Of a DNA stretch of 64,000 nucleotides, positions 15,101-27,221 are shown one piece after another (the stretch's first letter is position 1; the number at the start of each line of letters is the position of its first letter). The position numbers and the translations under genes are program-made. The DNA is from Acanthaster planci. Taxonomy: Eukaryota. The stretch spans positions 3,032,535 to 3,096,534 of the forward strand of contig NW_019091358.1 of NCBI RefSeq assembly GCF_001949145.1. The letters are read 5' to 3'. The notes under the pieces were generated by a model. The model was not told where the DNA came from. It ran no database searches and saw nothing but the letters and a program-made list of their open reading frames with translations.

Positions 15101-16297
15101 CTATACAGTGTGTGCAGACTCAAAATACTGCTCTCGTCCAACAGAAAAAAAAGTTGTTCTGAACTGAATGGTTTGGAACTGTACATGTACATTGGCCTGT
15201 TTTTCCTTCAGGGAGTTAAGAGTGTGTGGCATGAACTGGTTGATAAATTTATGCAACCGCTCAGTGAGCAGCAGCATGTCTGCATAATCCAGCTATGACA
15301 TCAATCACCATCTACAACTCCTGCCGCTGAAGATTTCAAACGAACTCTTTAGCAACCAGCGGGCTGATGAAATTATCTTTGATTTATGAGGCAAATGTGT
15401 CTCAAAATGTTCCTACATGTTTAAATTTGTAAAATCACGAAAATCCACATGCATACACACTTATTTGATGGTCAAAAGTCACAGTTACATTAACCAGCTT
15501 ATAATTTCTCCTCGTATCTTCTGTAATTTCAGGCTTTCACAAAGAAATCCTTATTCTCTTTTATATGAATAAATGAATAAACAGATAGATATATTCATTT
15601 ACACTAAGAGCAGCCCACATGCTCAAGACATTCAAATTTACAATAGACTTTGGCTTAAGAAATTAATCATTAGAATGGAACTGAGAAGGGCAAAATAGAT
15701 GAGGGATGAATAAATGAATTAAAAGAAAAAAGGAACAATCAATGATGATAGTAAAAAGACAGGGAAACAGTAGATTGGAAATATAATTCAACACACAAAT
15801 AAACTTCAAAATTATTCAAAAAGGATTGTTTGGAAAATAACAGGTGCATTGCAAAGACTCATTTTAATTGCAAATGCACTTTTGATGAAAAAGTGATATT
15901 AAAACGCCGCTGTTGTTCATCACATCTAGGTGATCGCCACTTGATTCACAATTCCATTGTCAGAGAAATGTACAGTGTCTCTGCTGCCCCTCTGTTCCCC
16001 CTCTCAAAATCAAGGCCTGATAATTGATTGGCTTTTCCCACTTTATCCTGCACTCACATGTTCGGCAATATTCATGTGTTTCTTAATGCTTTGTGGGCGA
16101 GGGAAAGGCAAGAGGGCAAGACTGAGTATGAATATTCATGATCTGTAGCCAAAGAGAATTTTGTCTCTGAGGTTTGTGCATGATTCATCATAGCTTTGGA
16201 CAAGCCAGATAACATCGCTCCAAAGGGGTACACAACAGTCACTGACTTCAGGAAGCAAAGAAAAAATTGCCATCATAGTTTGAATTCAGTTGCAAGT

Positions 16298-16704
16298 ATT
16301 AGCCCTTTGCGAGTTAAACTTAATATAAATTCTGGTACACCGAGTTCTTTAAATTCATGTGAACATCACAATTTGAATTCTCCATACCAAAGACACTGTT
16401 GCTAAGGCCATGTCCGAAACGGGCTTCCAGAGCTACGGCTAGCTCTTTTGTCTGCGCATCTCCACACATTTCCAGTGGGGCGAAGACCTAGGCCTAGCTC
16501 TAGACAAAAGATTCAGATGCGGCCTAAACCCCAAGACCTTTTGCTTAGTAAGCTTGTGCTTAGTTACACATGGGACACCTTGCTCCAAAACACTGTGGAT
16601 AGGAAGGGCACAAAGGAACCAGTTCATTCCAGAGATGGCGGTCACCTTGCAAAAGCTTGACGGGTGCATTAGATTTTTCAAATTTAACTCCTAAAAGGCT
16701 TATT
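16298..16704. mobile_element. MITE-like element, family A copy 2 (contains nested insertion)
   Basis: collinear similarity to 9730..10028 at both ends and internally; same degenerate terminal inverted repeats. Confidence 0.75.
16406..16524. mobile_element. 119-bp PIF/Harbinger (Tourist-like) MITE nested in family A copy 2
   Basis: flanked by TAA on both sides (16403-05, 16525-27); GGCC termini with imperfect TIR (ggccatgtccgaa / ttcagatgcggcc); internal inverted pair tcttttgtct / agacaaaaga; absent from copy 1. Confidence 0.62.
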
Positions 16705-18811
16705 CACATTGTTTGCGGACAAGAATGAAGAATCTATGCTCCGAAAGAGAAATCCTCTGTGCATGGTATATCCAACTAAGTGAGAAATGCAAAGATTTTA
16801 ACAGCCAGGAGCGTTGTGACCACTGACCAAATTCTGATGAAACAATTCATTAATGTAAAATCATGTAAAATTCATTAATGTCCGTGTTACCTTTAATTCC
16901 TAAAATGGATCTTTTTGGAGCCCCCTCCCCACAATATAAGGCATTTCTAATCCCGCCCCTCCTCTTCCCCCCCCCCCAATTATCATCCGAGGCATTGATG
17001 CGTGAGGTGTTGGTTTCCAAGAGTGATACATCCAATCCACGGAATAAATATTCATGATGGATCTTGAAATGGTGGCCTGATCTGGTGTCTAGTGGGCGGT
17101 ACCGGTGATGCATGCTCATTGATTATGAAAGGAAGGCTCTTGTTTGACTGGCACTGCAAGACTGATAGCATTAAAATTCCATCTGTAGAAGGGATGTTGT
17201 GTTCTGATGGAGTTGAGTCTCTGTTGACTCACTCGTGCAGAAAACTAAAACTCTTTCTTCATTGAATGTAATGTTACACTATTCTATATGGCCGATGGTA
17301 CATGTGAATTGTTTTTTGAGATGTGGCTCATTGTGACACAAGTTGTGTCCAGTATTCTTTAATTAATAGATTATTGTCCTTTATTAGCGTCTGCTTTTAA
17401 GTTCTACAGTTGTTGTTAGCCTAGACACTTCAAATTGAACCGTTCATTATTGGAAAAATGTGGATGTCTCTAAACAGGTTTAACGCTTTCCACCTACCCA
17501 TCCATCACATTTTAATGCATTTACCTCGGCCATGGCGTTCCATCCCCACCCTGTAGAATGTTACCATCATGATTAATTTCCTGTCAATAGGAGGCGAAGC
17601 CATCATTATTTCCAGCCAGGTCTGTCGCCATGCCAACCCGGGAATGCTCTCAGCAGGCCGAGAAAAATGGTGTAACGTAATAAATTGCCCCGCCGAACCC
17701 GTGTTAGTGCAGCCGGTAATGGTGTAGCTCGTTAGTACCTGGTGCCTTACAGGCCTGCTAGTGATTAATGTTCTCGCTGGACGTACATTATGGCACTCCA
17801 AACCGTCTGTCAAGGACTGTTTGCTGAGCGCTCATTCTGGCGGCCCCTAAAAGGGGCTCAAGTAATGAACATGCTATTGCTAAGTGGCAACCATGTTCAT
17901 TTTTTTAGTAAATGCGTGCTGGTTAGTAGATATCCCTTGTGCACCCACTGCACGCATGTATGCAGTTATTGAAAAGATGAGTTATAACGGACTTGTATAT
18001 CTTGAGATTAATAGGAAAGTGTTGATGAATTAAAAGCATCACTTTGTCAGCCCTTTGCACGTCTTATTTGCTAGGAACAAACCCATCATCTCAACAACAG
18101 AGCTATTGATGATTACTGAGCAGCGGGGGGGGAGCTTGTCGGACTTGAGGGGGGGGAATACCGTGCAGATGGGTTGTATAGGAGAACCACACCCCGCCTT
18201 GCTCTGTGTCACCCCAAGCTCATCTGTATGCCGCGCCGCATTTGCATCGAAGCGGTGAGCGGCGAGTATATCGGAAGCAATCGCAATCCACACTCTTTGT
18301 ACCCGGCCCTCTTGTCCAGTGTTGACTTAGGGTTGGATTTCCCGTGCCGCCTGTGTACGGGCACGCGATACGCCGCCATAATGACCACTCGAAATGGAAC
18401 AGCGGATCATTCGCGCACTTTGCCAGAATATTCATCCCTTCGCCGTGAAATATTACACACTAATGGTGCACTGATGTCTTTGAGCTGATGGATTGGAAAA
18501 TAGGTGTGGGTGGTGGGGTTTTTGGGGGGGGAGGTTTTTGGTTTTTTTGGGGGGGTGGTGTTTTTTTTTGCTTTCTTTCTGTGGGGGATAACTTAATGTA
18601 TGTTCAAGCAGGAGCAATGATTTGATTGGCTATCCCGTGATCTTCCTTGTTATGAGCCATTTGGTTATTAGTCATGCATAGAGGTGTACTCTTTGTCACT
18701 GGATACCACTGTTTGCTCAATAATGAGATAGCCGTGTAGGTCATGTAATTATTCATCCAAACGATATGTGGTCTGCGTGTATTGTTCACAGTGCCTTTGT
18801 TTTGTCTCTGT

Positions 18812-19061
18812 GTCATTACGTGAGGTTGGGGCACAATTTGTGATGGTGTCCTTGTTTATTATGGGTAAATTTTACCGTCTGTCATGACCTGTAGAATAGA
18901 TCATTTTCTCTGTAATAATAACACACCTGTGTATACAGCTTTGCAATATGATTAACAATGTCAATTTGGAATCCACATGCAGGGGAATAGCTGTTCAGTT
19001 TTACAGAACCCATGTAACAATTGACACCATCACAAATTGTGCCCCAACCTCATGGAATGAC
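18812..19061. mobile_element. 250-bp MITE-like foldback element
   Basis: perfect 30-bp inverted repeat 18821..18850 vs 19023..19052 (tgaggttggggcacaatttgtgatggtgtc), extending imperfectly to ~45 bp; no ORF. Confidence 0.8.
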
Positions 19062-20390
19062 CCCTCTCCGAAATGTGGGCATTCTGACTTCTTTTTGTTT
19101 TTTCTCTCTTAATTTTGTAGCAAATTTGTAGTTGTGTGAAATTCCCAGTCTCTTTCAGGAGATATGTGAGTTTTGATTGCAGTAGCATGACAAAGGGATG
19201 ATTTCTGAGTTGAAAATGGTAACGATTTAACTGGCTTTATGAGTTAAGTGTCGGTTTGTTTTTCTTGCGCTGTCTTCAGGTTATACTTCATAGTCCCTTA
19301 TTTTCTATCCGTAACAAATATCTCCCTCTGCAGAAGGGTCATCTTTTGTCCTTTCGGGGTTTTGTTTCTTAAAGTATTTTGCATTTCACCACACTCAGTG
19401 CTTATTTTAGAGTTTGTGACATTTTTCTCCTAGCTACTAATCAAAGTTCATTTTTTGTCAAACATTCATTCCACACACAAAATACTAAGCAAAATGGTTA
19501 TTGATTTAACCTTTAAGAATAAACTTCAGTCAATATTTTCATAGCAAGGGAAAGTTTTTGTGGCTCAGCTGTCTTTGTAAACGTGGTCAATCTGCTGGTA
19601 TTTGTGGTTGACATGAGGCATTCAAACCTGGCCTATAAAATGTCAGGTGTTATGCAAATATGTCATTAAACAGTTTTGCTGGTATATGTTTGTTCTGTTG
19701 GACCACATCCAAGGCAGGAAGGTAACCAACTGTATCTGTCCCCAGAGACATTCAGTGCATGGGAATTATGAGAGGACACTACGAATTTCGTCCAAGGACG
19801 TAGTTTGTTTTATAATATTAATAACAATACTTGTTGGGTTTTGCCGCGTCATGTTTTTGCGTTGTTACAGTTGTGTGCCAAGAGTTATAAATGAAGCCCG
19901 AGATTATTTGACAACCATTACTAGGTGGCTGGGATTTGTGCATGATGAATTATGCCATCCTGTGTATCATAATTATCATTTACATGATCAGACTACATGT
20001 ATGTTACTCTACCAGTTTTCGAATGAGAAAAATTTCCTTGACTCATTGAAAGTTAATGGTTGACAGGATTTGTTCATCTTTTCACAATTGTTTCAACATG
20101 TGTTGAAAGTTACACACCTTTCCAAGATTTCTGTATTGTGGTGTGTGTTTGTTTTGTTTTTATTTAGAAATACATATTATTCATTTCCTTGTTTACGCTT
20201 GGCATATTTCTAGTTTCAAAGCAGGTTTTTACACAGTTTCAAAACTGGTTTGCGTGTTTTTTTCTGTATCTGTCAAAATCCGGAGTATGAAACTTGTTAG
20301 TTAATTTATTCCATTTTAGCAATCTTACCATACCCGCCAGCGGACAGTATTCCACACAAAGGTTACATCACCCCTGGTGCTGCTGCATGT

Positions 20391-20426
20391 TGGTTTAATC
20401 CCTTGGCCTGGTTGAATCCCTTAGCC
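20391..20426. repeat. 18-bp tandem duplication (tggtt(t/g)aatccctt(g/a)gcc x2)
   Basis: directly visible. Confidence 0.7.
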
Positions 20427-21364
20427 CTTGTAGGGGTTAGAGAATATTTACCCAGTGTCAGATGACGCCCCCCCAAAAAAGCTTATGTATAGCCCCTTCA
20501 ATATTTTGGGGGTTACATTAAAAAAGGATTGCTGCTGGATATTGTGCGTATAATTAGTAGCGGCTGTTGTGTTCATGTGAAGTAATCGTTCCCCCCCCCC
20601 CACACACACACACTGCAATTTTCACCCTTAGCTCTTAGCTTCTCGGTTGCGTGATCAGACCCTGGGCTTGAAAACAGCCCCAAGGTCCCCCCTCAACTCA
20701 CAGCCCTCCCCCTCTCAGAATCTACTGGCATCACATTTTTGTACTCTGCCAGATTTTGAGGGGTTTTGGGAGGTTTGTTTAGTCCCGGTTCCTTTGTCTG
20801 CTCGGTTACATGCAAATGTTCTATTGATATTTTGGCATCGGATTTCCTTTGAAGACTCATCCTGCACACTTCTTTAAACAACTGAAGAGGGGTGAAAATA
20901 CTGTGGGGATGAGCTCACCTTACCGCAGGAATATCAAGAAGGCCTATCACTTTACATGCATGCTGCACGAGGCCCCTAGACCCCTCAAAATAACAAATAT
21001 TTGTTCTGCACTGTACTTCCTGCAGAAGGGCAGCTGATATGATAATCACCGGTTTTCTCTGTAAATGCATCAGGACTGTGCTATTCTTTTGTCATGGTGA
21101 TTGATTCTGCGGGATCTGAAACCTCTTTGACAGTAAAGACTTGTACCGTAAAGGAAGGCCTACCTCTAAACATCAATTCGTTGTCTGGATGAAAATGGGA
21201 TTGAATTTAGGGAGGTAACAAGATGAAGGACTCAGCTTTACCTTCGCTGTCCCTTGTATACGTTGTAATCGGAATGTTACAGCTAACTTAAGATTATACA
21301 AATAACTCCAACTATATCTTCAATTTGTACTTCTCATATTTTGTAGGAAAATGTTTTTGATGGC

Positions 21365-21870
21365 TCCAAGAACCAGCTGTCCATCTCAAAGTCAACCATG
21401 CTTCATAGTTAACTGACTAATCTACTCCAAGTAACATTATCAAAAGACAACAACTCAACGTGGATAGCGTCACCAGCTCAACCAATCCACTTTGATAAGC
21501 ACTGTCAAGCAACAAGTCCACTCAGAGTAACACCATCAGAGGTCAACTACTCCTTTTGGATACCATCATCAGGTTTAATAAGCAGTCCACTCAGATAGCG
21601 TCATCAGGTCAGCCAATCCCCTTGGAGAACACAGCCAAGATTAACCAGTCAAGTGCAAAACGCCACCAAGGCAGCCCATCCACCTTGCTGAGAATGCAGC
21701 CAAGCTGCTCATTCCAATGGATAGCTTCACCAAGTCAGCCTATCTACTCAGAGCCAAAATAGTTCCTGGGAATCATACCAGAGAGTCAGCTTGTCCACTT
21801 TGCTTGCACTAGGTCACAAAGCATAGAACTAAAGAGCCAAGCCTTTCCACCCAGACAGCGGAAGGGGAGT
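21365..21870. repeat. Highly degenerate A/C-rich minisatellite (~30-bp subunit)
   Basis: variants of ggatagc.tcacca..tca.cc.atc.ac at 21462, 21558, 21594, 21719; recurrent tccactc/tctactc. Confidence 0.55.
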
Positions 21871-23157
21871 CAACATACTGATGATCAAACAGCTTAACAC
21901 TGCCTTTTAATGTGAATAGCACCAAAAAGACTGCAAAGCAACTCAGACAGATCCAAAATGCAATAATGTCAGGTGAAAAATAAAATTATGAGTCCTCTCG
22001 GAAGGAGCTTGGATAGACTTTCAGGATTGACTAAATTTATTTCTATGTAGAATTGAAAATTGAACACAGGGATGTTCTGTGACCGATGTGTCAGTTGTAG
22101 ATTCAATGCGGAATATCAGGAGAGGCATTGTGAGAATCAAACTGTCAGTTTTCGGTGGAATTTCTTTTCCCAATCTGCAGAACTCCATGACTAGCTCAGT
22201 GATGAATCTTCACCCCATATAAAAAAAAATCCACCAATTGTCAACTGTTTTAGAAATTTTTCCACCTGAAAGAAGTGACGTACCAAAAATCAGAATGTCT
22301 GTGGTCAACCTCATGCAGCTTTATCTATATCAGATAAAAGATACTGGCCTTGTTTTATTGTGTTAATGCAACAGAAAACCCTGTTAGTAATAATCTGCTT
22401 TCAATCAAAAGCTGAGTTAGACCCAGAAGGGATAGGCAACAGATGCAAAACAGAGCACCGTCATAATTATTAACATATCTACTATCAGGAGCAAATTTGG
22501 AAAATATCCAATTTTTTTATAGATAAGGCAGAAATATTTTGAATTTTTTTTTTTCTGTCACAACATCAACTTAAAATGCTGTGAAGAGGCTTTTTTTACG
22601 GTAGAAAAAAAAGGAAATGGTCGTTCCTGCTTGTAGCACATCCTGAAACCTACCCTGCAATTTAACTCATCGTAAATTGCAGGTGCACTTAGGTTGTCAC
22701 ATGAAGCCATCAAAAACCTGGCTATGTTGAGCCCCCCCAAGAAAAAAAAAAACAGAAAAATCGCCTCTTGAAAATTAATGCCTTGATCTTCGCCTGTCAT
22801 GCCCGGCATGCTATGGGGTTTTACTGTCTGATGGAAAATAATGGCCCATGTACCAGCACAAATGCCCACTGTCTCATCTGTGTTGTCAGTGCCCAGCCAA
22901 AAAAGGGGAACGGGGGCTTTGACTGCTTCAGTTTGCAAAAGAATTTTTACACCCAATGATAATTACTTGTTTTGTTTGCCTTTTTTGTTCCCCTGGCTTT
23001 CTTCCATATCAGGGTAGTGAGGGCTGGGTTAGTTGCATGAAATGGTTTTTCAGTAGGGAAGTGGATCTTTCTGTCATGTCATTTTTTTCTAGGTTAACTT
23101 GATAGCTGATAAGTCCTCAGAATGAGGTCCTTAAATCTTGGTCCTCAGATCCTTGGA

Positions 23158-23403
23158 CAGGTGCAGATCCAGAATGGGGCAGGGAGTCAACCCCCCACAC
23201 CCTGACAAAGAAATATGTATATATTTAAACTGGAATAACAATTATTGTAATAATAAAAAGATGCCATCCTCTAAGGATTATTCTCTAGTCTTTAGTAACA
23301 GTGTAATGCATTTGAATATGTGTCTACCTATCCACAACATTTGGACATACAAAAACCTCTTAGGGGCCTGACCCCCCTTGAACTATTCCTAGATCCACCC
23401 CTG
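23158..23403. mobile_element. Degenerate MITE-like element with CAGG(G/T)G.(G/A)GATC-type termini
   Basis: left caggtgcagatccagaat vs right attcctagatccacccctg (rc caggggtggatctaggaat); a similar left end occurs near 60866 (cagtagtggatccagaggg). Confidence 0.45.
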
Positions 23404-24439
23404 TTGGACTCTTTTCGGGAGGTCTGTGTTAGAAGTGATGTTCAGAGTTTAGGGAAAAATGTCTTTTAATTCTTGCCTCTGAGGTGTTAGTATTGCAAAA
23501 AGGTCGTTGACTGGTCTTCAAGCTTGATCGAGCAGCACCTTGACAGTGTCATCCATGTGATTGTCAGGTTTATCTATCAAGTCCAACATCCTCTCTGAGA
23601 ATATAGTTCTTCCGAGGTCAAAGTCTCAGTCCTTTAACGACGAGTCGAAATTGTGCCAAGTTGAAAGTCAAGTGTAACGGAAAGGGGCTTTATCATCCTG
23701 AGCAGTCCGAGCCTGAACATGGGGATTCTAACCATTCTGAAGCATATTGTTAGTGTCTTCTGTTTGAATGAGACGTGCAGAGCTCAACAATTATATTCTT
23801 GTAGCCATTGCGATATGTACAAGTTTACAATACAACTTAAAACAGTGGAATAAAACTATTCTGTGTATTTGAGCTGTATATTTTGCATCATAGATTTGTC
23901 CATAATTTATTTATATATTTTCTGTGAAAGCTGTCCTGTATAGAGTGGCATCGACCAAAAGGGTAATATGATGTGTTTCAGTATTGGTTAATTTGATGCA
24001 TTGGACAGCCCTTACAGCTTAACAGCGAAGCTGCGATTTTTGAAAAACACTTTAGCTCACTTTACAGAAATCTCATCTCATAAAAAAAAAATGATTATAA
24101 GATCACCGCAACAAAAATCTTGGGTTGTCATTGAGAAATCAAAGTCGTTGGTTGAGTTTGTTATGGAGACAGCTGGCTCATTTTGATTGACTGTGTATCC
24201 TGTTTGGATGGAGAAAATTATGCTGCATGCGAGAGGTGTTGTTCAAAATGAAGCCAGAGCTATTGTTTGAGAATTGAGACATAATTACTTGTAACTCATT
24301 CCAGTGCTGTTCTAGTTCAGTGAAGTTATGTTTGCATTGGTGACATCATGCGTTTTCATATTACTAGCTTAATGTCATTGTTTGTTTTTCAACTCTCGTC
24401 AGTGATGTTCGAAATTATGCTCTTCTGCTACCCCTCCAC

Positions 24440-24498
24440 ACCCACCCACCCATCACAACCCATCCACCCATCACACCCCATCCACCCATCACACCCAG
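24440..24498. repeat. 18-bp tandem repeat, ~3 copies (cccatccacccatcacac)
   Basis: directly visible. Confidence 0.8.
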
Positions 24499-25367
24499 AG
24501 TGTCCTATGTCACAGATGTACCTGTGGTAGAGAAAGGTGTTCAGAGTGTCCTGGCTCAGTCGCCCAATTTGAAAGCTGAATACCTCTCCTTTTTCTCTTT
24601 CCACTCCTTCTCAAGCAGATTGGCCATCCCAAATATGATGTGATAATGTTTGGGACGAGCCTTATATTTCATCATTCTCAATTAAAGATTACTAAGCATG
24701 TTTTCTTGCCAATATATGGCTGCTCAAAGCAGCTTTCTGGACTTTGCACTGTAGCCTCAGAAATATTGTTTCCATTTACAAAAATAACTTAATATCAAAA
24801 CGGGCCCCCGTGCGTTATGCAACAAAGCTGGGGTTGAGTCTTGTTGCTGGTGTTCGATTAGCCTAGTCTTGTCTCCTGAGGGCTCTCTCCTGGCATTGTC
24901 TTGATCTCAAGGAAAAAAAGACCATGAGTGTAGTTGACAGGCAGGATACCCCACATGGGAAATGCATTAATATTAGTGCAAGCTGTGGCGGGTACACGTG
25001 AGTAGGCGTCTAATTTCTCATCTATATTATGGTTCACCGCTGCGGACTTGGGGAGACGCTGTCCCCGGTGACTGCCGAAACCGCTGAAGGCTTGTAACGG
25101 GCAAAATGTCAAAGTTGATGCCTCTGAAACGGCAGGACCTCGGGGCAAAATTTGCTCCCCAACGCGAAACGGGAAATGCGCTGGTTGTTTCCCAAATCCC
25201 GCCTGTCAGCCAGGGATTCGGGATGAAATTTGATTGAATTTAAATGAAATTTCCCCGTGGAATTTGGCGCTCTCCTTTTTTCTCTCCCCTCGGTTTTTCC
25301 TCCACTCCAAAGTCTGGCAAGATTAAAGATTTTGTGCGCAGGCGTTGAGGTGACACATTTTGTGTGT

Positions 25368-25401
<34 letters not shown>

Positions 25402-27144
25402 CTCTGCACCCACAGCGCTACACATCACCGACGGGTCGCACCGTTCTCAGATTGGAAAAGTGAAAGCGAAGATCGCGCCTGTTGATAGAATTGTTTCTGC
25501 ATGCGTCTGTGCTGGTGACACGGGTGCTGTGGTGCCCTTGTCTGACCAGCCAATCAGCGCAAGGCAGTTATCAGAGGTCTGTTGCGTTTACATCCAATCC
25601 TGGAGTTGGATAATCACTCAAAATCTGAATTTTCAAGCAGATAACTGTAAGACCGAGGTGATTCTCAGTATCAAATACGCATTTTTGTTTGGTTTGGTTT
25701 AATTTAGTTCAAAGAATTGGTAATGGTGTCATGAAATCAGCACGTTGGTCAGTTTCAGTAATAATGATGAAGAGCAAAAGCTCACTTGGTCAGTTTTCTC
25801 GTTACTCAAATTTAAGCAGTGTTAAACAGTTATATAAAACTCGTTTTTCACCGTTCGCAGCTCCTCCAAATTGTCCGATGATCAGCCTTTTGGTCTGTGT
25901 AGCAGCAACATGTTTGTTCAGTTCCCATCCGTACCATCCCATCCCACTCTACCCCACCCCGAAGTCTGGCCGTCATCAGTACGCCACAACACCTCGCCTA
26001 TTGATTGGTGGTTCGTTCGGTGGGCATGCAATCCGTATTTGTCCCGGCCGCGCCTCCTCCACCGCCCGCAATCAAATTGCAAGGAGCATAAACCCCGTGT
26101 ACCCGAGGTAGTCTTTTAATTTGTTCAGCATCGATTTGGGAAGAATGGAGCAACCGTCATCTATCCAATCCACGGGAGCTGTGCACGGGGCGTATATGAT
26201 TACGACTGCACGCCAAAGTACACGCGAGATTCGAGATGGAAATCACTAGATAATCGACAGACTGCTCCCCTGCCTATACATACATGAAGCGGAAATCGCG
26301 ACCACATAAAGTAGACCGTTAAGAGTATTGGCGGTTTAACTGAAAAACGTTTGAAAATTGGTGGCCGTGGTGAAACACTGTCCTTCCAAAATCAGGCCCC
26401 GTATTATTGACACCCTGGATATTTTTTCCTTCAATTTGTGACAAAATATGAATAGGGCTATGTATTACCAGTACCTTTGAAAGTTCCAGCCTTGTTATTT
26501 TTTTACTATTATTATTTGGCCACTTAATGATTGGACCCACTTTTTGTGTCTTTATGTGTCCGTTTCAGAAAATGTTAACTGTCTTACAAGGCTAATATTA
26601 CCATTACATGTACATTCCAGGCCGTGTAAAAAATGGAATAAAATTTATTTTTGAAAATAAAATTCTCCCGTCGCTTCTTTAAAAAAAATCTTAATCGCAA
26701 AATTTCATACCTCGTGTTTTCTTGTGCAGATTTTCAGTATTTCGAATCCTAGTGCACTTTGACAGCTCCATTTAGATGCAAAGTATTGTAAAAAAAAAAA
26801 AAAAAAAAAAAAAAGAGAAGAAAAGAAAAGTGTCAAGAAAATTGGAAGAATCGATCTTCAGGGGCCTCCTCCCTTTTAAATCGGCCAAGAAACCATATAC
26901 ATTTTTTCATTTTGCCTATATGGCTGGCAATTTCTTTTATTAAATTGTGGAAAAATAACTACGAATAGAATATTCAAATCAAATATTCACAGTATTATGT
27001 TATGACGCAGCCCCCACATCTGGTTTGTAATCCTAAGGCAATATGATAAAAGATACTCCAGTGGTGTAATTGCCCGAAGAGTTTTATCAAAAGGAGCAAA
27101 TAGTAAACTGTGCGGCGACTATTTCCCTCACGAAAACAGCAATG

Positions 27145-27221
27145 TTGACGGAACCTTTTCATGTCATAGCTGCCTACTTTTTTTTTGACGGAACCTTTTC
27201 ATGTCATAGCTGCCTACTTTT
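27145..27221. repeat. Perfect tandem duplication, 40-bp period
   Basis: ttgacggaaccttttcatgtcatagctgcctactttt occurs at 27145 and 27185. Confidence 0.92.

Noticed and set aside
1..25000. A second protein-coding gene upstream of gro
   Set aside because: Isolated splice-like sites exist (e.g. acceptor at 5534), but no chain of exons gives a recognisable protein on either strand.
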